NCBI GenBank assembly: GCA_973895155.1 | Contig: OZ316891.1 | Location: 21,899,168-21,963,167 of the forward strand | Reading direction: 5' to 3' | Length of the DNA stretch: 64,000 bases | DNA from: Marsupella aquatica | Lineage: Eukaryota; Plantae; Marchantiophyta | Part shown: positions 13,237-26,000 of the stretch, in pieces | Position numbering within the stretch: the stretch's first letter is position 1 | How the letters are laid out: every line of letters begins with the position of its first letter | The notes under the pieces: model-generated | Told to the model about the DNA's origin: nothing | Databases searched by the model: none | What the model saw: the letters and a program-made list of their open reading frames with translations, nothing else | Program-made: the position numbers and the translations under genes

Positions 13237-15430
13237 CATATGCCAGTAGATCAAACAATTCAGCAGAGGCTAAGTATAGCTCGTATGAGGGAGAGTGTTT
13301 GGCAGCTGTGTGGGCTGTGGCACATTTCCGTTGCTATTTATTTGGTAATCCGTTCACCTTGATCACTGATCACCAGCCCCTCAAGTGGTTAAGGGAGTCT
13401 AACAAGCTTACAGGAAAGCTTGCACGATGGGCATTGTTGTTACAAGAGTATGATTTCCTCGGGGGTTTCAATTCCACAAAAATGGCATATCACGTGCAAC
13501 AAAGGATAGGGTCATTTTATTGGTTCTAAGGGAAGACTTAAGAATTTTTTGTAGAAGAACAATAGGGTCTTTTAAATTTAATTTTGAGACTTATAAGAAC
13601 ATTAGGGTCTTTTTAATTCAATTTTTAGAATATTCCAAGAATATTCCAACTTTATAGGGGTTAAAAAATAAAAATAAATTCTTACATTTTAGGGGGTCCG
13701 AGGCCTAAAAACGTCGCAGGCGATGGGGAGGTCCCCATATAGTGAGACCCCCGAGATGATTTCCAGGTTGTACATAGGCCTGGTAAAGTGAACTTGGATG
13801 CGGATGGGTTGAGCCGTAATCCATGTACCAGTCAAGAGGATGAGACTGGAGCTCGATGGCATGATGAGTTGGATAAGGAGAGTGTGCCAGGATGGCATGC
13901 ATCTGCCTTTCTTTGTTGGGTTCCAACATATAGTGGATCTATGGACTCTACTTCATTGGATGGGGTAGACGTTGAGTCTTCAGATATGGATGTTGATGAG
14001 GTAGTTTTTGGGCAGCAAGATATTCAGATCCATTGTTGGCAATTGTGATGCTAAAGAGCGAGATAGGGTTCTACAATGAGCCAAGAGGTTTTGATGGGAA
14101 GGAAACCATCTTTTGAGGATACTACGTGATGGCAAGGTGTTGGTTGTACCAAAACCGTCACAACGAGTACGTTTGGTGTGACATGCGCACAAGGAGTTGG
14201 GTCACTTTGGTGTGAAATGCACATATAGCTTGTTGTAGACACAGTATTGGTGGTGTGGTATGCGCACTGATGTCCAACAATTGATTGCTAAGTGTGTGGT
14301 ATGTGATCGAGTGCGAGCATCGTTCAATGCTTCCACTCCCCAATTGCATCTGTTATCCATAATGGGTTTGGGATATTGATGGAGTTTGGACTTTGCTGGT
14401 CCATTACCTCTTACCCAACGTCACAATCGATATGTTTTGGTTATGGTGGAGCACTTTTCCAAGTGGATTGAACTAGTGGCATTGCCAGATAAAGCTAGTG
14501 GAGGAGTGGCTATCACATTTTTGGATCAAGTACTCAGTCATTTTGGAGCACCAGCTGAGGTGTTGACTAATCAGGGCATGGAATTCCGTGGAGAGTTTGA
14601 GGGTTTGTGTGAGCAAGCTCTTATTGATCATCGTACTATTTCTTGTGATCATCCTGAGGCAGATGGATTGGCAGAGAGAGTTGTACAAACCGTGAAGAGA
14701 GGAATCTTGCGTAAGTATGGCTTGCAGGTTGGTCATTTGGGAGATTGAGATCTCCAGCTACCTTGGTTAGCTATGGGCTACCGTTTCAGTCGACAAGCAT
14801 CACTTGCATCCTTCTCACCTTATTTCATGCTCTATGGTATAGAGAGCCAGATTTGCCAACGACTATTCGTTGTGATGTGGCAATTGTTGTGGATTTGGAT
14901 GATCCCGATGTTTGGGTCAAGATGTGTTCCAAAAGGGCACGAGTTTTTGAGAGAGTCATGCCCATGGCCTTTGACAACCTTGCCATTGCCCAACATTGTG
15001 ATACTTTGAGGTATGCCACTATTTACAGAGGAGGTTATCGTGCGAGGATTTGACAGTTTCATCCTGGTGATTTGTTTATTTGCAGCAAACAACACCCACA
15101 ACACTTGATGTGACCGCAGGTCGGACAATCTTACGTGTGCGTGAAGTGTTGTCTTCTGGTGTCCTAATGTTGGAAGGACGTGATGGTATGGTTTGGAAGG
15201 ATCATGTACGTAATTGTGCACCATGTCATCTTTCAAACATTGATGGTACAGTAGATCCAAGCTTGGCTCAAGTTCATGCCGGCTTGAAGTGTATGTTGTG
15301 TGGATCTGCTCAAGGAGCAGCCACTATATTGATTTGTGATAAGTGTTCTAGAGGATGGCACATGTCGTGTTTGACACCACCATTGGAGGTGATTCCTAGT
15401 GGATCATGGTTGTATCCTCAATGTCGGTGA
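13237..15430 (+). pseudogene. RNase H C-terminus, integrase and C-terminal PHD finger of the Gypsy element
   Basis: LITDHQPLKWL...LARWALLLQEYDF; HHCC (HKELGHFG...KCVVC); core LDFAGP, TNQG, LAERVV; PHD CMLC-x-CDKC-x-HMSC-x-W.YPQC at ~15290-15427. Confidence 0.9.
13458..13755. mobile_element. MITE, CTCGGGGG-TIR family, 8-bp TSD
   Basis: TSD atgatttc (13450-13457, 13756-13763); TIRs ctcgggggtttca / tgagacccccgag; interrupts the YDF|QVVHRPG frame. Confidence 0.88.
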
Positions 15431-16846
15431 AGCCGACTAGTTACCATTTGTGTTCTCATGGAAAGTATAGATTGCAGGAAGGTGATCGATGGGGCTCACT
15501 TGCACCCGGCCTCCTGATCTTCACACTTAAAAAGGTGTATATCAACCTTGTAGAACTTATGGCTAGCTAGAGTTAGGGGACCTCACTCCTAGCTAGGGGG
15601 CCGATTGTGGGTTTTGGACATGTGTGGATAGGAGTTCCACTTACACTCCATTCTCTTATGTTTGTGATGTTGATTGTGACTATGCTTAGATATGTGTGAC
15701 AAGCGATGTATATTGTGTAGCGATGTTTATGCGCACGACAGCTTGTCACCTGCTTATCAAATGATTTACACGACAAGTACGTATTTACTCCTACTAAAAT
15801 TGTTTGTTATCGTATGACGGGAACGTGGAGAGACGCTATTAGGATTCTATTGCATGTAGGATGAGTATGTTTATTTCCGCTCCCGGAAATGTAATTTTTG
15901 ATCAAGTCTACCGACTAGCTGCTCTACTTTTGATTAAGTCCCATGGACTAGGCCACACACACACTCCTACTGGCCGTTGGTGGAGTGCTGTCACCACCCC
16001 TCCTACTCACAGGGTCGACCAAACCGTGCAAGGATTCCTTAGACACTTCTTGGGGAAAGAACACAATCTTGAACCAGGAAAGATAATGCCACACCAAAAC
16101 TTGAGGAATCAAACCAAATTCATATCTTTTGGCAAAACGTCGTAACACATTGCAAGGACAACCCGGCCTCCTACCGTCTGCCCAACTATTGCCTCACTGG
16201 GCAAGTGCTACACCTCTACCTCACTACTCTGGCTTGATTCCCCTTTTCTCGCTATGAGCTAACTTCCGGAAACAAACACTAGACTGAGTCCCCCCCCAAC
16301 TACTTCGGGGCTCTCCCCTAAATACCAAAAAAACACACCAAAGCACCCCTCATGGGGCCACAACGATGGCGGCTTACCCTAGCGGCGCCGCTAAACCCTT
16401 CACTAAGAAACCCCTAAACTAAAATCATGTGGCACACACATGCTTCTAAAACCCTAACCCTAAACTAACAATGGGGCCGGCGGTGCCTTCGACGACGCCC
16501 CAACATTACTCCGTGAACCGTGAAATTGCAAAGAACCCAACAATGGCCGAAACCAGGTGACCTTCCACTTGAACTTCTGAGTTCACCCCTGGATAGCCCC
16601 ACTCTTCCTGATCATGAATCACTCAACCGCTCTTGAAACGGACATCGGACGACCAAGTTATGGCCGTTTCAGTATCCCGTAAACCCAACTTTGTCGGGCC
16701 CTAACTTGCTCATCCTGGCTCCGTTTGAGGAGCGCTGCCTCTTGTTGGGATCAGCTCCACGAGCTCTTTCCAACAAGCCCATGAGTGACCCCTCACAAAA
16801 AAGTGGGAAAGTCAAGGGGCCGTACAACCACGTCCGTACGACCACT

Positions 16847-18529
16847 CTAATTCTCCTCCTCTTCACTCACGGTGCCCTGGCTTGAGCCCCATGAGTGGGC
16901 CTCCTCATCACTCTCCACTAGAGTGAGTGCCACTTCACCCCTCCTTTTCTTCATCGGGGTACTCCTAGTGCTAGTGCTCCCCTGCTTCCTCAAATTGGCC
17001 AAGGCTTGCCACGCTTTGATGTACCCCTCACCAATGGTGTCCTTCCATAAGGCTGCCTCTTCACCGGACCGCAAAGTCTCCAACGGTAAAACCTGCCCGG
17101 TGGCCATGGGAGTCCTAGGGGTGACAGATCGGGGTGGCATCCCCGGGGTCCCCGTGTTGACCTGAGCCTCCCGTAACGATTTACGTACCTCCCTAAGCTT
17201 CTTCTCTAAGTTCTTGCTCTTCTCTTGACTCTTCTTGGCTGTATCCAACAGGGGTCCATACTTCCCATTGACTTCCTTCACCACCATCTCAATGGCCCTG
17301 GAGATCAAATCTGGGGAAAGTGTGGAGCTAGGTGTGCAGGGGCTCTTCCGTTTCCCCAAACTCAAGGCCTCACTCCTCTTAGCCCTTGTCTCAAAGATCA
17401 CCATTTGACTCCGCAGTGCTCCCACCTGGGCTCTTAACTCCACCACCTCTCCAGAATTCTGCTTCTCTTTGGCCAATGCTTGTTTCAATACTCCAACCTC
17501 TTCCGCTTCCTTGGCCTTGGTGGACAAGGCTCCCTTCAAGTTGGAGATCTCTACGTGAGCTGCTTGGAGAAGCTTAACCTTCTCATGAATGGCCTCCTCC
17601 CTCGCCTCCTCCTTGGCCTTGATCACCTCCTTCATAGATAGGGCACTCTGCTCCAAAGTCTCTACTCTGGCGGTGGCCTGCTTGAGAGAATCTCTCAATG
17701 CGTGGACTAGCTTGAGTCCCTCATGGACTCCCTGCCGGAAATCCCGTAACTCCGCCAGGTAGACATCAGGAATGTCGTAGACCAGGGGCTCCTCCGGATC
17801 TCCCACAAGTGATTCAAGCCACTCCAATGTGGAGTCCTCATCCTGGTTTTCTTCCCCTCTATTATCATCCCCAACCGCCGACGATGATCCCTCTGTTAGT
17901 TTCCCCAAGATGGTAGTGGCAATACTCCTGATTTCCGTGGTAAGGGATGATCCAGAGTCTTCCTGTCCCGGGAAAATAATCCACCCTTCTGCTCTGGCCA
18001 GCAAAAATGACCCCATCAAATGTACAGCCCCACCTGGTTTCACACTCCCGGGATTGGCGTCCAATAGCTTCTTCAACCCGTAGTACCACCATCCGTACAC
18101 ATGGGCTGGATAGTTCTTGATGTCCATAGCTACCACGAAATGCTCTCCATTCACCACCCCGGATTGCACGTTACCAAGGATCCGTTGATGAACCTTGGCC
18201 ATAAATCCCTTGTGCTCAGCATCTCTGACGGCGGAAAGAGGAATGGAAGTAGTGGAGGTGGGATTAATCACCCAACCGGCCATCATTGTCAACGTGAGCT
18301 CTCCCCTTATGTTCTGAGGTGTGAATGAGAATTGCTGGTTCTCCAAAAACAAAAGCTTAGCTAACTCCACATGGGGCACTACCCGTTGGAGACATTCAAA
18401 GTAGATTCCTTCCTTGCGTAACTCCATCCCGGCCTCAATGTTCCAATTCTTCCCCGAAGGGATTGTAATCTCCACCTTCATGAACTCCGTGAGCCCGGTG
18501 GCCAGAAAAATATTCCTACAATCCTCCAT
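16847..18529 (-). CDS. 560-aa TE accessory-type protein with long coiled coil (unit Y), possibly 5'-truncated
   Basis: Uninterrupted 1.7-kb ORF between two Gypsy fragments; acidic linker plus heptad-rich C-terminal half; no enzyme motif recognised. Confidence 0.6.
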   Translation of the reverse strand: MEDCRNIFLATGLTEFMKVEITIPSGKNWNIEAGMELRKEGIYFECLQRVVPHVELAKLLFLENQQFSFTPQNIRGELTLTMMAGWVINPTSTTSIPLSAVRDAEHKGFMAKVHQRILGNVQSGVVNGEHFVVAMDIKNYPAHVYGWWYYGLKKLLDANPGSVKPGGAVHLMGSFLLARAEGWIIFPGQEDSGSSLTTEIRSIATTILGKLTEGSSSAVGDDNRGEENQDEDSTLEWLESLVGDPEEPLVYDIPDVYLAELRDFRQGVHEGLKLVHALRDSLKQATARVETLEQSALSMKEVIKAKEEAREEAIHEKVKLLQAAHVEISNLKGALSTKAKEAEEVGVLKQALAKEKQNSGEVVELRAQVGALRSQMVIFETRAKRSEALSLGKRKSPCTPSSTLSPDLISRAIEMVVKEVNGKYGPLLDTAKKSQEKSKNLEKKLREVRKSLREAQVNTGTPGMPPRSVTPRTPMATGQVLPLETLRSGEEAALWKDTIGEGYIKAWQALANLRKQGSTSTRSTPMKKRRGEVALTLVESDEEAHSWGSSQGTVSEEEEN

Positions 18530-18550
18530 CCTCTTATGAAGTTAACATGA

Positions 18551-19538
18551 GGTTGCATCTACACCCACACTGCAACCTACTGTAAGGAAGAGCCAGAGGG
18601 AGAAGCCTACAACATGGGAATCTACCAGCCAGAGATCTGTGCCCTCTTATGTTGGACAGCAGTTAGGATGTTGGACCTGTGGTGGGGATCATGCACAGAG
18701 ATATTGCCCAGATCATAGAGGATCAGGGGGAGCATGAGCGCCTGATCAACAACACTGTGATCACTGTGGAGCTCCTGGACACACAAAGGATAGGTGTTTC
18801 TCACTCCACCCTGAGTTACAGAGAGGAGGATCACGTACACATGATCAGGGAAGAGGAGGAGGAGGTAAAGGTGGTGGACGTGGTCGTGGCATGCCACATG
18901 CAGGGAGACAGGGAGGTGACGCTGTCCCTGCTGTAACCATAGATCCAAAGGATGCTAAGATTGCTCAATTGGAGCATCAACTAGCTGCCATGGCTAGTTC
19001 CCAGGTGAGACCTAATTCTGGTGATGGGGCATCTACATCCTATGGACCTTCCACATCCCATGGTCCTTCCACATCTTATGGAGCTGATGGAGACCTTGCC
19101 ACCATGGGATTCATGTGTGGCACTACACATATTGATGCATCAGCAACGTTGACATGTGGGGCAGCCAAAGCTCTTGAGCCCTGAGGAGCAGTAGTGGAGT
19201 TAGATCCACAGAAGGGGGATGCACGTCGGTAGACAAAGCTTCCTTAGTCTTTTACATTGTCAGAGACAGTTCAGACTGCCTCTATGAACCCGGTTCGGAC
19301 AAACCCTGATGTGGGTAAGTTGGCAAAATCAGGTAGTGATGCAGTAGGGATGACAGGTACCCTGTTGGGGGCGGCTATTGCCATGGTACGCACCCCATTG
19401 TTTTCAGCGACAGACATGCTGAACTTGGGAGTTGGTCTTGCAAAAGTGGTCAGATTGGCAGCTACACTCTGTGAGGACACTCCAGTGGTTGTTTCCCATG
19501 CAGAAGCAGCTTGCAGTGTTGAAGCAGTGAAGACCATG
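18551..19538 (+). mobile_element. Gypsy copy B fragment (gag CCHC to gag-PR spacer), same family as copy A
   Basis: Closely similar to 284-1020 plus 4870-5030 (ggttgcatctacacccacactgcaacc..., CDHCGAPGHTK, TLLGAA, FSAT). Confidence 0.88.
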
Positions 19539-22034
19539 TGTCATGCCCCTAATCCGGGCCTTAAATCCAGTTTAGTTCTATGGGGCGACCTCGACCACCA
19601 GTAAGGGTGAGGGTTCAGGCAAGGAGGTGTGTAGTGTCCACGATTAGTCCTAAGTCGGGCTAAATTGATATACTTATCGGTATAATATTTACGCAACTCG
19701 TACTGGTCATAGGTATATTTGTTTTCCACCGCTGGAATATTCCCACAGTTAGTGACTCGGACTAACTCCCGGCTTGGGGCTTTCAAGCCATCGATGTGAT
19801 AGAACCTTGTGACATGCAATGGGTGGCAATCCCTACCATTAGTCCGCACCCGGTACGTCCCTTGAAATGGCGCCTTTGCCCAGACAAAGCATGCCCACAA
19901 CACCAATTACTCGCGGAGACATTTGAGGGAGAAGACTACATTTACTCAGCGAAGAATCAAGATACATAGTTGACTCAACTTCTAAGGGGATCAGCAGGCC
20001 CAACGGCAGTTGATGCCCAGTCTCTACGAGGCCCCACCTCGCACTTGCCCAGCAAGCTTGACTCTAGCTCTCACTCCTTAGTGCACTCTGACCTTGCTCA
20101 GGCCGGGACTCCCCGTGCCTCGCCTTTCCTTGCGCTGAGATAACTAAGCCTTCTCCCTCTCCCCACAGAGGGAGGGGAAGCCTAAATACTATGGTTGCAG
20201 AAAGGAACCGAAAGATACTACCTTCCAGGGTAATGCCTACTGACTAACTACCTTCAGGCTAGCCGGCCACACTCCTCGACCGGCTGACCGTTGACAGGCA
20301 AGGGTGCTATTTGGGACAGCAGCACCTAAATCTTCTGACCAAAATCTAGTCCACTGATGGACTCTATCCTACGTTGGCTAATCCTAACTGATCCTGTCCT
20401 AATTCTTCCTACTATACCGCTACTCAGCGCCTAATGACAGCTATTTTGTCGTTAAGCCTAATCAAAAAGATGCCGGTGACTCAACTGCCTCGCACGGCGC
20501 CTGCTCCCTCCCTTCGCTAACCACCCCTTACATGCGTGCTGTGGTCGGACCAGGGTTTGTCCCCCTGTCAAGGCAAGACCTCGAGCCGCCTTGATCAGAG
20601 GTGGGCCCAAGTCTGGCCCGCTGGAGGACTAGCAGAGCAACGTGGTCCTGCAAGGCCTTGTTATCCCGGACTGCCTCCTCTGCCTTGTTTGTCGCCTCAT
20701 CGGCCTCTGCTTGGAGCCGCGCTACGTCTAGATTGAGCTGGTTAATGGAGTCACGATGGGTCTGGTCCTGCACCAACAATTTATCCCGTTCGGCGGATAG
20801 ACTAGCCACCTGCTGAGCTACCTGCAGGAATTGGTTGTTGAGGTTGGTTAGGCTAGTAACCCAAGCCGAGGATTCTGAGCGCAACTAAAGCACGGTGTCG
20901 TCTAGTTTCTTGAGGTCCACTTGCGCCCCGCTCAACTCCTGGGTTAGTCCGTCCCGCTGTTCGACGGTGCGGACTAACTCCTCACGGCGGGTAGCGGCCT
21001 CCTCCTTGAGGTGTTCTACCAACATTTGGAGGCGCCCGATCTCGTTCCCCTTTGCCATGAGCTCTTCCTCCAAGCGGCTTACGATCCGTGGTTGGTGTTC
21101 TAACATGAAGAAGGCTGGTTGAAAGTACGCCAAAACTTGTTGTCCGATATACGTCACTAGCTCCCCGGACAGAGTCTGACTAAACTTTTGGACTAGGTCG
21201 TAGGCCATGGTTCCCGGGGCTACCTGGTAGTCCTCCATCCTCTCGGGTACCGGCGGTTCCTCGGGCGGGGCATCGAGCTCCTCCGTAGTCTGCAATGGGG
21301 AGGGGAATTGAGGTTTCTTCAGGTGGTGGAGGGATTGGAGGTGGTTGTACCGGGGGTAGCGGAGGCTCGACGAGAGGGGGCGGCGGAATTTCAATCTGGG
21401 GAGGTGACGGAGTATTAGTCGGGGCCTCTGGCTCGGGGTTTGCTTGAGGCGAGGTAGTCTGCTCGCTCAGGGTAGCCTCCTCCGTAGCGGGGGTGACCTT
21501 AGTCGGGGCTGAGGTAGCCATATTCTTTCCCCTGGCCTCCCGCCGTGCCTTGTACCAAGCGAGGATGATGGCGATATGACTTCCCAGGTAAGTCTTCCCC
21601 CCGATAGCCATACCTCCCTGAGCTCGCTTAAGCTCCCCCGAGAACCTACGGTAAAAGAATTGGGCCCAGTTCCGCCGCTTGAATTGCTCCACCTGTACAA
21701 TCGTGCAAAGTGAAATCTTGGATTGTGGCTCAATCATGTGTAGGGTAGTCCGTATGAAGTTAAGCCGCTCCATACAGATTAAGTTGGTGCACAACCCCTG
21801 CTTGTATCCGTTGTCTGTCTTACCCTCGGGTTTGAAGTGCCGAGGTATATACTCCTTATCCCAAATTTGGAGTTCAACCGACACTGGCCCGGTTGGCAGG
21901 CAGAAGATCTGTGCTAGTCGATGCTTCGTGAGTGATAAGGTCTATCTTGAAACCTTGGTGGTTGATGCGTCAATGTCAAAATTGGAGATGAACTCACAAA
22001 TCTCCTTCGGCCTGGCTGCGCACGGTCTCCATAG
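19539..22034. mobile_element. Unit X copy 2 (ORF on minus strand), truncated at 22034
   Basis: Starts TGTCATGCCCCTAA, homologous to 1030 onward. ORFs 20528..21884 match the copy 1 ORF. Similarity stops abruptly at ctccatag (22034). Confidence 0.88.
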
Positions 22035-22881
22035 AACACGATTTCGGACCGAACGAGAACTATTTCCTCTAAACGAGAAGTGTATTTTTATTTTCCGCCG
22101 AATTTCGGCAGCTTTTTTCATCAAAAACGCGTTTTTGGGGAAATAATGTAATTCGTATCGGAGTTCGGATTGAAACAACAAATTTAATAATGATCAAAAC
22201 CAATGAAATTCATGCTAACAAATATTTATATTATCAAGGAACAATTAGATCCGAAAAAATTTCTCCTCGACCTCATATTCACGCTCTCCGAAGATATATG
22301 AAAGGTCTTATCTATAAATCCATATCCATGTTTCGAGCCAAGTGCGATAACTGTATCGGACTCCGGATTTGAGCCACGAAAACTCCGACCCAATCTCAGG
22401 TTTCTCAGTTTTTGGATATTTACCAAAAATATTTTACATCACAGTCGATAAGAATTACTGCACGGTTCGTCAAATTTACCTTGCAGTTACCTCCGCAATT
22501 GACCAGTTACCTCCGCAAGTGACCATAGTCAACATGCCATTCTTTCAACAGCAATGCGCAGTCCGATAAAATTATCGCGAAAACTATGGGCGACAAAAAT
22601 ACTAGTTGACAATACTAAGATCCTTCGGTTCATCGGTTAAATTTCAAAATTCCTATCCATATGAAGAAAACTCTTCGCAATACCAACATCAGATAAATTT
22701 ATCGCTTCAATTTCAAAATTGCAACTTCCATATGAAGGAACCACTTTTGCAATACCAACATCAGATAAATTTATCGCTTCAATTTCAAAACTATATAATT
22801 TTTCCACGATGCACGTGTGAGAATGAAATTGGAAATCCAAGAAATATACCCTTTTCTGCTATTTTGTCGTTTAGGGTGACA

Positions 22882-22931
22882 GCCAATCAAAAGTGGACAC
22901 GTGGGCCAACCCCTCAACAGACACTATAAAA
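22882..22931 (+). promoter_or_regulatory. Candidate core promoter of the transposase (CCAAT, CACGTG, TATAAAA)
   Basis: Three canonical boxes within 50 bp, about 150 bp upstream of the ATG at 23076. Confidence 0.35.
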
Positions 22932-23075
22932 GGGCCACCGCCGATAAGTTTTTGGTGTCATTATCGAGAGTAGAGTTTTGGGAGTTGTGTTCTTGGAGCA
23001 ACATTCTGTCCGTTGAGCCTTTCGTTTTCCCTGATTGTGGGAGGAATGCAAAGCCCCATAGTGTCTCGGATAGCC

Positions 23076-26000
23076 ATGTCTCAATCAGACACAGATTCAC
23101 CTTCCAGTTCAGTTGAATCCTCTCCTAATCTTGTCGCTCGCTGTTTGCCAAGTCGCATACTTAAAGCTCTACCTCTCTCACAGCAAATAGTGCCCGAAAT
23201 CTCTGACTCAGATTCTGATGCAAGTTCTGGTCCTGAGCCTAGTGCTTACTATGTGTCGCCTAGTAAACCTGAGAAGCGTCGTCTCTTGAGCGTTCCATCA
23301 CCAAGAAATGAGAAACTTTCAATCCCAGGTTTAGGTCCGAGACGTCGCTTCAGGCCATCCATCTCGGGTTATGGAGAGGGTATCCGGCGACCGATATGCG
23401 TATCGCAGTCGGCATTCAAGTTGCCACATTCAACACAAGTTCAACGACGGATCTTTCAGTCTCCGGGTGAGGATCGGGACACAGAAATACAAAGACCGAT
23501 ACGGCGATCGGTCTTTGCATTGCCTGGACTGGATGTGCGAGCAAGCGAGGGAATCGGACTGCGAAGTCCAGACTCGGCCCTTTCTCGAATGGTCCATGGG
23601 AATCATGGTGAACAAGTGCTCAATTTTCCAGCAGCTCGCGGAGTCGTTGGGACTGCACGTGCGAATCCAGAATCTCCAAGTTCTCAAGGGCGAACTGTCA
23701 TTGGTTCCAGGCTCCAAGTATCGAGGAGAGGTCTTAGTGGCGTTCGGGTTATGTATAGAGAGCCACGGAGTCCAATTGTGTTTTCAGATGAGTCGAGTGC
23801 ATCGGAGAACGAAGATGAGGAAGGAGATAGAGAATCCGATATAATAGCACAAGTTGTGTCTGAATGTTTGGAAGGAGCTGTCGAAGAGAATAGCTATAGT
23901 CGTCTATTCAGTGCCCCTCTAAATGCGTCAAGGAGATCTATAGAGGATGGTAGCTCAGCAGAGAGTGATGCATCTATTCGCGAGGCACCTGAAGGACCCG
24001 AAAATGCCAATGTTATGAACGGATTTCAGGTTGTAGAGAAGTCAAATGAGCCTAGTAAAAAAGATAGGGACCGAATTACTAGGAAAGACAATGTGATAAA
24101 TGACAAATTGAATAGAAACAAAATGAGAGAAATTCATAAGTATTCGTGTTGTGATAATTATTGTCTGCGGAATTTGGGTCTGCTAGTCATGATGAAACAA
24201 TGCACTTATTACTATGGGCTATCCTACCCAGAGAAGAACGTCCTTCTAAGAGGATGTGTGAAGGGTGGGCATGCTGGTGCAAGTGGTTACTCAGTTAGTG
24301 GTAGATCCTTTTGTCGAAGTGGTTTTAAGAAATTATTTTCACTGGAAAATAATCATCTCCAAAAAATCTCGCAGAACATGTTTTCTCGGATACAGATCGA
24401 TACAGTTTGTCGAGAAAAATCACCCGCACATCTTGGTCTCGTCCAATGGCTGGATGATTTTTTTTCCACAAATGTCGAGAGTCTCCCCAACAAGGATATC
24501 TTTCATTTACGTGACAATTGGACAAAAACAGAGGTTTTTGATGCCTTCCAGTCCGAAACTCTAATGCGCCAAGAATAAGGCATGACATATTCATGGTTTG
24601 TTCGCATTTGGAACAAGGAGTTTCCTCGCGTGCGCATCCCCAAAAGGAGCCGTTTCTCCACCTGCGCCCCGTGTACTGAATTCAAAGCACTCCGTGACAA
24701 GGAAACACTCGAAGCATAAAAGAGTAAATTTCTAAACCTGTGTGTTACTCCCGATAATTTTATCGGGTTGAGTATTCATGTGCTTCTTCTTTGGCCATGT
24801 GAGTGAATATATCGTTTGAACAGTTTGAATACTGAACCTAATAAATTTATCGCTGTCACAGTTTTTCATTACGGTCTTGTGTTTGAATACTGAACCCGAT
24901 AAATTTATCGTTGTCAGGGTTTATCATTACGGTCTCGGGTTCAACATTGCGGTTATCATGTTTTGTCCTAAAATTTTTTATTGTTGTAGGAAAATTCTCA
25001 ACATTGCTAAACGAGCATCGGAAGGCACAAGCAGTCGAGAGGGAGAAGTTAGCAAAGCACCGGAGCAAATGTTACAAGAGTCCAGAGAAATATTTGGGCA
25101 TCTGTATTGATGGAATGGATCAAAAGAAGACAGAGTTACCTCATTTCATTCGGTGTCCGAAGAATATGGATGAAAAGTATTTCATCCCCGTACACGTAGT
25201 GGGTTGTTTGATCTTCAACAAACAATTAAGTTCAAATGTTTTTTTGAACTATCCAAATATTCACAATGATAGCAACCTGACCATCCACGTTATCCAGCAT
25301 ATTCTAAATACCTGGGAAGGTCTGCTCCCTCCAGTGCTTTACCTCCAGCTTGATAACACAGCTCGGGAAAACAAGAATAAATATCTTATGGCATATTTGA
25401 ATATGTTGGTGGAGATAGGTGTTTCCCAGAAAATAAAGGTTGGTTTCCTATTGGTGGGGCACACCCATGATCAAATTGATCAAATGTTTAGCAAGTTTTC
25501 TTCAAAATTGAACAAGCGGAAAGCTTTCCGGTTGGACACTCTTTCAGCAATCATAGAGGAATCCTACAATCCTACGGCAAAGATATTTTTCGTCGACGAG
25601 GTTGCCGATTTCAAGAAATTTGTGTCAGACAAGGATCAAGCAAATGACAAGGATATGGATGGTCAGGTTCTACGTACTCTCCACGGCATAAGTGCTCAAA
25701 AACAATTTCGGATTACTAGAGTACTCGAAGATGGAAGTGCTCGGTCCGTATTCCATGCCAAACATCTTTCAATGACAATCGATTGGGGGGAGACGGTGGA
25801 TTTTGTTCGGTACATTCCATCATCTGGAATGTGGGTCGCACCACAAATGGCATTGAAGTCGGCCACGGGAGCGACAGGAGACAATGAAGAGCAAGAGAAT
25901 GATGCTGAGGAACAAGATGAGCGGGCGGCTCAAAGTTATTTGTCAACTCTTCAAAAATATCAAAGAGCAATTGAAGATGGATTCAATTACTTTGACGACG

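Larger units (their letters stand above)
1..15850 (+). mobile_element. Decayed Ty3/Gypsy LTR retrotransposon (copy A): gag-PR-DNMT-RT-RNaseH-INT-PHD, interrupted by nested insertions
   Basis: Domains read in Gypsy order on + strand: CCHC knuckle, LLDTGA protease, C5-MTase motifs, RT (LDLKAGYHQ, PFGLKNAP, YIDD), RNase H (TDWS, YASR, TDH), HHCC/integrase, PHD. Many stops and frameshifts. The 5' end lies outside the window; the 3' boundary is approximate because no LTR was delimited. Confidence 0.9.

Noticed and set aside
15430-15900. PPT and 3' LTR of the DNMT-Gypsy element
   Set aside because: No clean polypurine tract plus TG start, and no second LTR in the window to compare with.
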